From Rotaria socialis (Eukaryota): a stretch of 64,000 nucleotides of DNA. Below, piece by piece: positions 26,401 through 39,985 of the stretch. The number at the start of each line of letters is the position of its first letter. The first letter of the stretch is position 1. The translations under genes and the position numbers were made by a program. The stretch spans positions 62,001-126,000 of the forward strand of contig CAJNYD010000017.1 in assembly GCA_905331295.1 (NCBI GenBank). Reading direction: 5' to 3'. Under the pieces are notes generated by a model. That model made no database searches. It was not told the DNA's origin and was given only the letters and a program-made list of their open reading frames with translations.

Positions 26401-29176
26401 TCAGGACAGATCAAATAGAAGATTTTCTATGAGATTCGCAACTACATCGTGTTTTATACTTTAATCCTAGCAGAACTGTAGAAATAAATTTTCATTTTAA
26501 ATGTTTACTTTTATAGCAAGATCAAATTGTCTTACAATTATTTGCGTGCATGGATAAAATATGGCAAGCAAATGATTTTGATTTACGTTTAAGCTTATTT
26601 AATGTTGTACAAACACAAGAACGTTGTGGTTTTATTGAAATGATTACAGAAAGTGAAACATTAAGAGAAATTGAATCACATGCAGGAACAATTAAAGGTT
26701 CATTAGGTGAATCGGCTCTATATGATTGGTTACGTTTACACAATACAACGGAAAGAGAATTTCGTACTGCTTTAGAAAATTTATCATATTCATGCGCTGC
26801 TTACTGTGTTGCCACCTATATATTAGGAATTGGTGATAGACACAATGATAATATTATGGTGAAACATTCAGGACATTTATTTCATATTGATTTCGGAAAA
26901 TATTTAGGAGACACACAAAAATTTGGATGGTTTAATCGGTATGTGTTATGTTAAATTTCAATTAAGCTTGTTGGAATACATAGAAATTGATAGAAGAAAA
27001 ATCGAAGAAATAGAATCGATGTATAAATTTCAGCAGCATTCGCAGGAAAGAGCTTAAATAATATTGCATATCATCATTTTATGAGCCCCCAAAATTCGCT
27101 ACATCGTCCAGCTTTTTCCAAGAGTGGCTTTGTAGATGCTGCTTTCAGATCCAAGCAATCAACTTGAATCGTAGCTGAAAAACTGTCTTTAATTTTCAGA
27201 TATTTCATTACAGGTAGAATAGACGATTGTAATGTAAACATAAGCTTTGTTTATATTGAAATTTTTTGCAATTTTTATTTTTATTAGATATATTTTAAAA
27301 TTATTTCATTAAACACAATACTTTGAGATTATTGATTCAATCGTCGAGAGAAAATATCGAGCGATGATAAAAAGTATTCGTAGCGTGAATATTACGTTAT
27401 CATTGTCAAAAAGTTCTATAATCTCTCTACGGAACTCAAATAAAATATTTTGCTTGCTAGAGCACTTCAATTTTATTAAGCAAAACCTGTCATATTTCAG
27501 TGCGTTTTTTTTATCAAATTTAGTGATCGGGCTCCATTTGTATTTACAAAGCAAATGTTATACGCTATGTCTCATGCTGGTACATCTAATGATGCATTAC
27601 ATCGTTTTGTTGATTTATGCTGTAATGCATTTTGTACATTACGTCAAAATTCTAGCTTACTTCTTCTACTCTTATCTCATTTATGTTCATCCAACGTATT
27701 GAATCTTAATTACGATGCTGTTCGATTTGTTTACGATCGTTTATCGCCATCAGCAAACTATGCTCATAGCATAGCACATTTTACTGGACTTATTGTTGAT
27801 AGTTTAAATTCAACATGGACAACATTGAACTTTTTAATACATACATTTGCACAAACAACAAGTTCATCTAGTTCATCAAATACGATGCCTATCGGTACAA
27901 CATTATCATTTATACCTAAAACCTATACAATAGCTACAGATGGTAAAATAAAATCAGCACATGTTGTCAGTTATGATAAACGAACACATCCAACAAAACA
28001 TTATTTATATAAATTAAAAGTTGAACGTGAAGTCATTAATGATGCCATGATGATAACGCATCAGAATACAAAACGTTCATGCACAACATATCACTATCGA
28101 ACATATAATGAATTTTATGAATTTTTCGAACGTTTAAATAAACAATTTCCGCTGATTGGTTTAGAATTAAAATTTTCTCGTCAAACTGAAGATAAAATGG
28201 TTGCTCAAAGACGTGTTAGTGATATTAATGATTTCCTGGAAAATTTATTTCGTTTAACGCTTGAAGTTGTTGACGTAAGTTATTAGGCAAATTAGAAAAA
28301 GGAATAGCAAGGTTAGATTTAGAAATGTACCAGTCTAGATAGGAGATCATTCGATAGATTTTTCATAGGACTATGAATCCCATTGAATATTAGAACCGAC
28401 CTGGATTAATTCGACACATTCGTCTCATAACAACTTCTGTTTCTTTTTTTTTTAGTCTGATCTGGTTATAACATTCTTTCATATGATTCAACAAGATCAA
28501 CAAATCAATGATTCGAAGGAAAAACCTAGTGATGGTAAATCATGCAAATTACATCAGTTTGAATTCTGTTCTTTTTCTTTTCACAGAGTTTTCATCACGT
28601 TTACCTTATGATGCATCGCCAAATAATCAACCAAAAATCCGTGTGCAATTAAAATATGACAGTGGAAAATTATTTGTTATGGTTCGCTATGCAAATAGTT
28701 TGGTAAGAAGAATAGCATTAAAATGATATTAATATATCATAGGATTTATTTTTTAGCCACTCATCAATGGAAATGATCCCAATCCATATTGTAAATGTTA
28801 TTTATTTCCTGATGAATGTAAATCAACAAAACGAAAAGGAAAAACTATTATGAACTCACGAAATCCAATATTTAATGATACAGTAAAAACAGTTTTATTT
28901 TCGAAAAAATTTTAGACTTTTTTCATGTTTTGTTTTTAGTTTACATATGAAATGGATTTATCAGAAATTCAAAAGTAAGATTTTAATAGATAGAAAGATG
29001 AAAACAAGTATTTTCTGTGATTTTCCCTATTTAGACGCCTTCTTCGTGTCAGTGTATGGAACAATGCATTAACTGTTGGTAATCATGTATTGGGTGAAGT
29101 CGATATTGTACTATCTCAAATAGATTGGTCCAAAGAAAATGCTAAAGATTATACATTTTTTTCTATTGACTCATAA
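20486..29176 (+). CDS. PIK3C2A: Class II phosphoinositide 3-kinase (PI3K-C2), multi-exon
   Basis: Pro-rich N-terminus; C2-like region (~23890-24630); helical domain (FPDMHVRSFA, YLPQLLQIIKFD, LAHKLYWHL); kinase domain (KIGDDLR|QDQIVLQ, ATYILGIGDRHNDNIM, HIDFGKYLG, DRAPFVFT). A PX domain (YRTYNEFYEFFERLNKQFP) and terminal C2 domain (DPNPYCKCYLFPD...TKRK...RNPIFND) follow, a combination diagnostic of class II. Stop TAA 29174-29176. Paralog assignment (alpha/beta) is not resolvable. Confidence 0.93.
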
Positions 29177-29511
29177 GAAAACAAACAATAAGCATATTTT
29201 GATGTTTACGGTGCTTGGTATATTGAAACTTCAAACCGGTTAATTGAATAAAAAATAATTTGACAGTTTCCATACGACTCATTTTCTTTTCTTTTCTTCT
29301 CACTTCCAGTGTATGTGAATAGGTACCTATATATGTATATCAGTTATTGTACATTGTTTTCATTTTTAGTCAACTTTATTATCTTTTCTTTTCTCTTTTT
29401 CCGTTTTATGTGATTATAGATGGCAACAAGAAAAAAAAGGAATTTTGTGAACTATAAAAAATAAAGTCGTCAGGAATAAATAGAAAAGCCAATTTTCATT
29501 TCAGATATATC

Positions 29512-32500
29512 ATGTCTGTTAATCGATATTCACGGACAACAACTGACGTTCTCAGTTTACGTTTTAATCAAGATTCAAGTAGAAATTTATAGACTGAAAA
29601 CTTGACTGTTCATTTTTATTTTTTATTTTTTCTTCTTCTTCTATAGCTTGTTTCATTTGTGCTACTTGTGATGGTATTCGAATATTTAATGTTGAACCAT
29701 TTGCTCAAAAATGCTTTCTCGGTAAATGAAGAAGATTGCTTTTGTTTTGAGTAAATTTTGAATTTTTTTTTTCTTTCTATTTATAGATGTTGGTCGTGCA
29801 ACCTATGCAGAAATGCTCTATCGTACAAATTTAATAGCATACGTCCCAGCTGATCATGTCACGGGTTTATCATCGAATGTTGGTACGAGAAATTGACTTC
29901 TTTTATCTTTCTGATTATTTATTTAAACGCTATATTTTTAGTGAATGTCTATGATGATGAACGAAAAGCTCATGTACTTGAACTTTGCTTTAGTTTTCCG
30001 GTTGTTTCTATAAGAATGTCAAGAACAAGGTTTGAACAGCCATATGATTGTTTATTAATTTTCTTGAATTGAAATTGTTTTTTGTTTTTATATAGACTTC
30101 TTGTTGTACTTGTACGTAAAATTCATATATTTTCTTTTCCTAATCAATGTCGACTTTTACATACGATCGATACACGAGATAATCCAAGAGGTTAGTTAAT
30201 TCGTCGGATGACTGTTGATTGATTGAGACTATTTTTTTAAATCGTTTTCTCTTCTTTGTTTAGGACTTTGTGAATTATCAAATACTGATGGATCATTACT
30301 TGTTTTTCCTTTTAATGCTAAAACTAAAGGTGGTTTTGTTCAATTTTTAGTAAGTAAAATTTTCACTATTGATTACATCAAAATCAGATTTAAAAAAATG
30401 AATAAGCATTTGTTTCGAAATATTCGATGTAAACAAATTGTAGTCAATACTTGATAATCATACGACTAGATCAGAGACAGCTGACGCCATCGATGGCGAA
30501 GTTACTAGTCTAGATTTCAATTGCGTAGGCTCAAATATTTATGTCCTTTTCCTTTGCATAGTATTGATAAATTTATACAATATATTTTCTTCGTCGCACT
30601 CAGTAAGAAGTCTTCGTAGTAAAACAGATTGAGTGGGCCTGATATTTTGTATCAGTACATATAGCACTCTTTAGTCTTACGAATTTTAAATAGTAAACTC
30701 ACTTTTTACAATTCAAACGAGAATCATAGGTTGAACTCAACTATGATATCAAAAAAAAATTGACGCAAGTTTTCTTCGGTTTCAGAAACACGTCGAACAA
30801 ATAATTTTAACGAAACTAGTAAACTTGTAATATAATTTCATTTTTTTAGTCTACACTGCTACTTCATCATTCCTTTTTTCTCAATAGATTGACTAGTAAA
30901 TTTTCTTTCAAGAGTCATAATTCAATTAAAATGTATGCTGTTGATGTGCTTCTTTAATGCATTGACTTTGACACAAGTTGCAATTTTTTTTCTGAACTGC
31001 ATCACCTTTATACAGCGTAACATATGAGTCTGAAACAAGAAACATTAATTAAATTTCACCTAGATAGCAGAAAAATATTCATCTTTCGCCTTTTTACTCT
31101 TAAGTTTCCAATATGCACTTCATATGTATAGTATAGCCGACTCTAAATTTAAAAAATAGCGCCCCTTCTGAAAGGCTTTATTTATTTTCACTGTTAATTA
31201 AAACTTTTCTAATCAAAAGTCACTTTCTCACAAAAATATGCATAACTATATAAAAAAAAAATGCAAATCTACAGCAACGAATCATTCTTCAATATTGATC
31301 CACCCTATATTTTAATTTATGTTTCAAAATATTTCATCATTTGAATTAATATTATAAATATTACCGTAAAATTTTCACTGTTCTAACCATAATCTTACTA
31401 TCTATACTAAATTTATTCTTCTAATAACAAAATGAGTTTTAGAATTGATTTAATTTCTCAAAAAGAAACAATCGTTTTCTATTGTTTTGAAGTTGATTGA
31501 CATAAGTATACAGATTGTATCATGACTTCTAATGTCTATATACATAGGTGTCATATGGCGCACACTTTCTAATGCTAATAATATTCATTTTAAAATGGAG
31601 CTGAGTATGGGACAGACTTTTTACATTGTCTATGATAATAATCGCATCAAATAACTTGTGGACTTTTCTGATTAGTTGAACAACTCCAATTATAAGACAT
31701 CATCTATTTATAATAATCGTGTCGTCTTTCTGACTTTATTCGAAATCAAATTTTTATAATAAAATACAGCAGGTAGCTGAGAGCAAAAAAGAATGAAGAA
31801 GAGAAAAAAAACGGTAATCAGATGCGTAATGGATGACAATAGATAATTGTGAAAAAAAGGTTCATGATTATATGTTATTCGACACCTAGAATAGATGATG
31901 TTCATTAGCGCATCTTTTTCTGCTAAAGAACAACAAAAAAGAAAAAGAAGAAAAAACAAGCTAACTGAAATTTTAATCAATACATCAATGACTAGAAGAA
32001 ATAGATTACGATTGATAGTGTAAAAATGTTGAATGATTTTGTGTTGGTGTTGAATATGAATAATTTGATGATAATGTTCCATTTGAACTAAATGAGCCAT
32101 GAGAATAAACTGAACCCGAAGCAAAATAGGCTGCTTGATTTAATAATGATGTTTGAAGATCTTGACAATCTTGTCTATGAATTAATACAAAGAGAGAGAG
32201 AGAGAGAGAAAAAAAGATGTTAACATTTTTCAAATCGGGATAATGTTCAAAAGGACAAGTGGGCGATTAAACTTACGTTCGTGGTGTACGATCTCGTTGT
32301 CGACGATTTTTAAACCAATTGCTAACTTGCGTTAATGTTAGACCAGTCTTTTTTGCTAAGAAACGTTTTTCATCAGGTGTTGGATAACGATTTAATTTGT
32401 AACAGTCTTTTAATGCTTGACGAGATTTTTCTTTAAAACAATAAATTGTTTCTTCACCATCCCATATGGATTTTGGTAATGGATATTTTCGTCTTATACG

Positions 32501-33330
32501 ATATTTATCAACAGCTCCTAATGGACGACCACGAATCTTTTGTGCTTCCATATAATGTCCTTTGTACCACAGTTGTTGTAATTCCGTATGATGATGAATA
32601 TCAAATGTATGAGTTTCTAATAAACAACATAATTCGCGAAATTTCGATTGATGATAAAGTATAATTGCACGTGCTTTTAAAACACTATCATGCTGATGAA
32701 TTAAAGCCGCAGTTGGTGATGAAGATTTTTGTGGTAATAACTGTAAAAGTTTTATTAATTTATCGATCTTACCACTTTGTTGTATTGCTTCACATACACA
32801 AGATAATTGATCGATAGTTAATATTAGAGTTTGTTCAGTATTATTTGATGACAATTGAAGAACAATTGGAATGTGCGAAAGAGCATTATTTGTTGTTGTT
32901 AGTGTTGATGTTGATAATGATTTTGATGGAGGTGGTGTTATACTAGAATTTGACGAATCATCTTGTTCAATTTTTGTTGATACATTTGTTTGAGCTCTAA
33001 AATGATTTGGATAATACGATGCATATGTATTCGATGTTGATGGTAAAAATGTTGGAAATGAATTATAATCATATGATGAATGATGATACGAAGCCGTTTG
33101 CATCATAGTAAGAATTTATTGTCGTACCCTTTTTTCCGTCTACATATAGAAAATCTCGCCTTTCATGTATTCGAGTAATATGATCAAATGTGTCGCGTAC
33201 TTTCTCTTAATGATAGATGAAGAGCAACGTAGAAGAAAAAAGATGATTGGCTAAAATAGCTTATTGGTGGAAGAAGAAATTTTTTTCTCTTTCTCTAGTG
33301 TACAATGGTCAAGCATTTTCTCATTCTTGA

Positions 33331-33371
<41 letters not shown>

Positions 33372-35168
33372 GAGGAGAGAGAAAAAGATCAAAAGACTGT
33401 TTCAATGGACAGAGAGGAAATGAATTGTTCAACAAAAAAAGAAATAGAAAAATCTGCAATTTTCCACTTGGAAGAGACTACTTCGTTGAGAAAAAAAGAA
33501 GGGTTCAAAGTTGAATGATTATAATCAATTATGAAATATGAGTACAGACACACGTTTATTCTTATGGTCAATGAAATTGATGTTCGAAATAATTGATCAA
33601 ACGATTACTTTTCTAAGTTTCCTTTTTATTAATCCTGATCTATGTTCACATGATTAGATATGCATTGTTTCTTTTTTGCAAGTTGAATTTTTTCTTATTT
33701 CGTTTTAATTGAAAAATTTCGAATGAAACTATTATTACGAACTGTAATGTATCATTAAATTGATTAGAAGAAGAAGAAAAGTCTAACGAGGGAACCCCCA
33801 GGTGATAAAATGCTTTTGAGTTTTGAAATTTTATGCATATATACGAAGCTAGAAAAAGTTTTAGAAAGGATATGAAAATCATTTGTGCAATATTTAGATT
33901 TTCTTAGTATATAATTGTCAAACAACACTTTGATTTTCGTATAACATAAAAGTATTGATTTAAATTTTTGTCAACAACAAAATAACTTTCATCATAATAG
34001 CAATGAGCACAACGTTTTCACATGTTGAACATAAAGAACGCTTATGAATAGTTTTTCTGAACATTCTAAAATTTTCTACATCGATTTGAAGCCTTGACTT
34101 AAAGGTCAAAATTTTGAATTTACCAGAAAAGTAATCTGCTGTAGGAAACTTACAGTAAAAGAATGACAAGGTTCTCATGAAATAACAATGTTATGCGTGC
34201 ATGTGCTTGCAGTGTTTTTCTTATTTACACATCCTCTACTTATGCATAGAATTTCAACTCAAAAACTTTTTATTACCTCCAGTAGTTTATTCGTAAGATT
34301 GTTTGCTTATTTCAATCTGAACGTAAATAGATTTATTTTGAAATAAATGTAGTTAATATAGAAGATTTCAATATGAAATATGAATAAATGGATCTAAAAT
34401 TACATGTGCAGACCGGTGAACTTATTTTCTTGTTTGTAGAATTAGAAATAGGATCTATAGAATGGATGATTAGATCATAATTATTTTAGAGTTTTTTTAT
34501 CATATAACAGAATAGATTGAATATTTTCCTTACGAGAAAAGAACGGCTAAAAATAATTAATATTTTAAATTTAGAATATGAATGGAATTGAAAATGATAT
34601 GTCTTATAACCCACGTGTAATTCATGTCCACACCAATGAATTAGCTGCTCTGGCACTTAATCATGCAGCTACTTTATTAGCTACTGCGTCTAAACGAGTA
34701 TGTAAAATTGAAATTTAAAGTATAAAAATTTAAAAAAAAATCTTTCTTTAATTTAAACAACAGGGAACATTAATACGTGTGTGGTCAACAACAGGTTTAT
34801 GTGAAAAATTATTTGAATTTCGACGGGGATCTGATACAGCTGATATTCATTGCATTGCATTTAGTTTCGATTCAAGTTTTCTATGTGTATCAAGTGATAA
34901 AGGTACTGTTCATTTGTATGGTATACGCGATCCAAAATTAAATCGTATGGCTGCCATACCACATGCGCTCAATGAAGCATTTGGAGATTTATGTAATTTT
35001 AAAGTCGCTATTGAATGGTCATGTATATGTGCATTTTCTGGTCCAAGTCATGTTATTGCTGCAAGTTTCGATGGAACATTTCATAAACACATATTTACAG
35101 TCGATGGAAAATGTAACCGAGAAGAATTTGAACTGTATTTAGATGGTGTTGATGGGTGTGATTTTTAA
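29512..35168 (+). CDS. WDR45: WD repeat phosphoinositide-interacting protein 4 (WIPI4, PROPPIN), multi-exon
   Basis: [65 protein letters not shown] (PROPPIN lipid-binding FRRG), SSDKGTVH. C-terminus [24 protein letters not shown]...DF resembles WDR45 more than WDR45B. Large intron 30350-34574. Confidence 0.9.
31886..33106 (-). CDS. SIX4: SIX4/5-class homeobox transcription factor, nested in WDR45 intron
   Basis: SIX domain ([39 protein letters not shown]) plus homeodomain [18 protein letters not shown]...[22 protein letters not shown](I/V)Y marks Six4/5. Exons 33106-32277 and 32174-~32009; probable third exon 31922-31886, otherwise stop at 32006. Confidence 0.92.
33336..33381. repeat. (GA)n tract upstream of the Six4/5 start
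   Basis: Directly visible, about 230 bp 5' of the ATG at 33106. Confidence 0.9.
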
Positions 35169-36411
35169 TGTTAATATTCTTTTCATTTTGTCGTTTGTTT
35201 ATTTTATTGTATATTTTGTTCATATGTATAATATTTTCATCAATATGAGACAAACAGTGCTATACAAAGAAAGAAAAAAGCAATATATCAGAGGTTTTTT
35301 GTATCAATTATAATCAAGATAGTTGAAAGATTCTTTTGTTTTTAAAATATATTTTCAATGAATAATATGAGATTATTTGTGGCAAATTGAACTGATATTT
35401 AACTTTTAAATAAACTGAGAAATGATTCAATGAAGAGATTATCCTTCTCACAATCAATGAATATGAGTTGGATTAGATTGTGTTTATCAGTAAATTACCA
35501 GTTCAAAATTACCAAATATGATTTATAGTGTGCCTACGAAATTTGACTTACTTTGTTTTTGATTGTTTAAATAAATATTTTCTTTTTCATTTAATATTGG
35601 CGTTCTTAAATGTCCTAAACTTCATGGTATAAGTAGTGAAGTAAATCTTACTTATTTAAATTAGTCAATAGTATTGAAAATTCAAATATTTGAAATGTAT
35701 AGAATTATTTTTTTCTTCTTCTGCAAAGAAAAAGATTGCAACAATTTTCACGGAACAATTTCTTTATCATATTTAAATGATTATGAAATAGGAGTCAAGA
35801 CTTTTGTCTTATCGATATTAAATATGCATAACTTTTTTGCTTTTGGATTAGATTTTTTTTTCTTTTGTATAAATTATGTTTTGATTTTATGCAACTAATA
35901 GGTTATCAGTATGGCGTAAGAGTGAAATTTTATATGATTAAATTTACTTATGTAAGATATATTTCGTATTATAGAATAAACTATTCATTCTATTACATAT
36001 TTATGCGAAAGTTGTTCTCTTTGTCACAGTTTTCGCCTCTTTAGTATCCTTCGTAGGTGAGCAATAAAAAGTAAATATTGTTTTTTCAAATTGCCAATAG
36101 GTGACCTCTTTCGATAGTCATTGTTTTAATTTCCATCACCATAGCAAATGACATGAGATGTATGGAAAAAATGGTTGTAAAAAAAGAGAAAAAAAGCGAA
36201 TTGAGAGTAGAATAACGGCATAAAAAAAGTAAGCAAATACAACATCCAGAAACACGCCTATGAAACCATCGTTGACATCCTAATTAGCGTGTTCGAGTCG
36301 CTAACAGTTGTCCAGGAAGGCATACAATAACGTTGATTATTTATTTATAAGAATTTCATTGTGGAGTTTAATTTTTTTAAAATTGTATTAAAGAAAAAAG
36401 AACGTTCGACA

Positions 36412-38922
36412 ATGAAACACATACCAAGTCATGTCAAAGATAAGTATGAAATACTTAGTGTTATTGGTGAAGGTACAGAATTAGTTCTTTTTCTTTTCTA
36501 ATTATTTCTTTTCTAATTGATAAATCAATAGGTTCATATGGTGTGGTCCTCAAGGCTCGAAAGAAAGTACGAAAATTAAATGAATAATGAAAAAATAAAA
36601 TAGCTATGAGGTAATCTTATATTTTTTTTCTTCTAAGGATACAAATACAACAGTTGCTATTAAACATTTTAAACAAGCACCAGGTTTGATATTTAAAACA
36701 GAAGAATGATCGTACTATTGTTGATGACTATCGAAAATATTTCACTAGGATATTGCACTGATATGGATATAATTGAACGTGAATTAAAAATTCTTCAGTC
36801 GCTTCGATTTGTAAATGTCGTTGAATTAATCGAATGGTTTCGTGATAAAAAGCAATGTTTTCTTGTATTTGAATATGTCGAATGGAATATGCTACAAGTT
36901 CTACAAGAACATCCTGATGGTTTAGCATTAGAACAAGTACGTCAATTGTCATATCAACTGTTTAGTGCTATACATTGGTGTCATACACATGAAATAATTC
37001 ATCGTGATATTAAACCGGAAAATTTACTAATATCAAAAAATTTTGTTTTAAAATTATGTGACTTTGGCTTTGCAAGATTTTGTAATACACAAACACCAGC
37101 GGATTATTACACCGATTATGTAAGAAATTTATATTTGACAAAAGAATACAATGTAACGAGAAGTTTTCTTTTTTTTACTCCACTAAAATTCAAGGTTGCA
37201 ACGCGATGGTATCGATCGCCAGAATTACTTATCGGGTATGAATGACGAATTTAAAAAACACAAATAAAACACGAGAAAATGTTTTTAAGGATAAGTCGAG
37301 CACTTGAAAATTTCTAATGATCTCTTTTATCTTCTCTTTATTTTACTAAAATATTCTTGACATTCATGGCTAGCACTGTACTGATTTAACTATTTACTTG
37401 AATTCTTTTTGAGTTCGCCGAAGTTTATTTAAACGCTTGCACCTATGCAGGATGCTGCTTTGCAACATTTTTTGAGAATGAATCAATTTGCCCCAAAAAA
37501 TGTAAATAAATTGAAAGAAACTTAAAGTGCTGTATGGCATGATCTGTATATGTTAATGTCACATGGCTGAAATCTTTCAACTATTCAATTGCTATAAAAT
37601 ACATCGAATAAAAGGTTACTATACAGATATTTACTAACTGTATTCTTCGACCTTAAACTATACTTTAAAAGAGTACTTTCAATTAGTTGCAATTAGAAAT
37701 TTGAAGGTTTTTTTCTAGACTTAACAGGAAATTATGATTTTGTCGTTGAAGAGAATGAGATTAAACACTTGAATTCTGTTCACTTATTAACTTTGGTATG
37801 TGAAATCTACTGTGAAAAATTAAGTTTAAACAAATTATTCTTTCACACGTTTCAGAATTGTATGGAATAAAATTTATGTAAAGTGACTTCTTTTAAATAG
37901 AAATCTTTTCTTATTCAAATTTTTCATTTATTGATTACTTAAAAGATTAGTCTTTTCTTAAAGTAAGAACTGATCCTTCAACAATTAATGCGATACTAGT
38001 TGAACTTTACCATTGATTCTTCGTTTCTCTACTGTCAAAAAAGCTCAACTCATTATACAGATGTTAGCTGAAAATTTAATTTTCATACATTCAAACAACA
38101 GTATTTTCGTTTTTTATATCTCTTTCTCATAGAATTCTTTCATAAACTATAATAATTCAAAACAACATGATTGTAAAAATATTTCAATGTATATACATGA
38201 TTCTTTATTATCTTTATGAAAAAGAAACAACAAAGAAAGGTTTTATTCTTATGATTTCCTATCAGATCAATAAAGTCTCAAGTGTTTGTACTCGATGAGA
38301 TGAAGGCAAAAGTTTATCTTGAAACTAATTTTAGATCAGCTTATGGAAAACCAGTTGACATCTGGGCATGTGGATGTATGCGATTTTTTTCCCGTCATAT
38401 TCCGAACCAAAATCTTTTCTCCTTCTAGGCATTATGGCGGAACTTACAACTGGCCAAGCTCTATTTGGTAATTTTAAAATATTCATACACGAGTAATTTT
38501 CATTCTATTCCAATAAAATTTTCAGCTGGCGAAAGTGATATTGATCAGTTGTATCGCATTCAAAAATGCTTAGGACCCTTACCACCTAAATATATGGAAG
38601 CAATGAAAATAAATCCAAAATTCGACGGATTGAAAGTATGATGAAAATAAACATTTCATTCTTTTTTATAAAGTAAATACAATAAATATCTACATTAGTT
38701 TCCTCCTATCCATCATTTGGAAACATTAGAAAGACGTTATGGTCACATATTTCCATCGGACATTATGCATTTATTTAAAGTAACACAATTTCTATAAAAC
38801 AAGCATTCGTTTAAATGACCTTTTCTCGATTCTTTTAATAGGCCACTTTACGTTTATATGCTCCAGATCGTTTAACAGCTGAAGCATGCATTCAACACGA
38901 AGCATTCGTTTGCTTAAATCAA

Positions 38923-38960
<38 letters not shown>

Positions 38961-39942
38961 GCAGAAGCGTTTGCAACGACAACAACATCGACCGTATATA
39001 AAATCTTAATCAAAATGAATATCTTTTTTTCTATTGGAGTTTTCTAGAAAAACTGTTCTCGGTTCTATAAGTACACCACAAGGACAACATGAACAGAGCA
39101 ATGATATGACTTCGTTTTCTATACCACTTGTTGACAGTCGTTTAAGTAGATGGTATATTTAAAGAGAGAGAAAGAGAGAAAAAAATAATGAAAAAGTTAT
39201 TGTTAAATTAAACCATATATTTCTCTTGTCAAGGTTCGATGAAAATGGTGAAATTCAAAATCGCCGCCGATCTCCAACTATGCCGGGCCATAATGGTGTC
39301 GATAATTCAACAGATGTATCATTTGTTGCATCTTCTTCCATAATTCATTCTCAAGCGAAACATCGTAGTAATACACAGTTAACTGATCGATCATCTAATT
39401 CTCATCATCATCGTCCGCAATCGAAATTTGTTCGAGCACAATCACGAAATCACTCATCATCAAGCGATGAACGAATTCAAATAACTGCTGTTAGTCCACT
39501 AAGTTCAAATAATACAAGTGACGATGAAGATGATCCAAATAGTATTCTTTCTCATCATAGTCGTCTAAGACGAAAATATGTTAAAAGTCGTCAGCCAACT
39601 CCGACAGCTCCACAACCACCCTCGATAAGTCGACAACAGTCTTTTCGTGACCAACAACAAATACCACTTCCACCAACATCTCCATCGTTCAGATGTGCAT
39701 CAAATGGTGTTTTATTGAGACCTAAACATAACCAACAAAGTTCAACACATATATTTCACAAATCATCGAAAGATATGGGCAAAAAGCTTAAGCGATTTAC
39801 TTTAGATACAGTTGAAAATCGTTGGCATCATCCATATCAAACATCAAGTAATCAACAAATATCCGAATCTAACATCTATCGTTCATCAATGGCTATCGTG
39901 CCTAATGTTAATACTAATGTATATAATATTCAAATCAATAAC

Positions 39943-39985
<43 letters not shown>

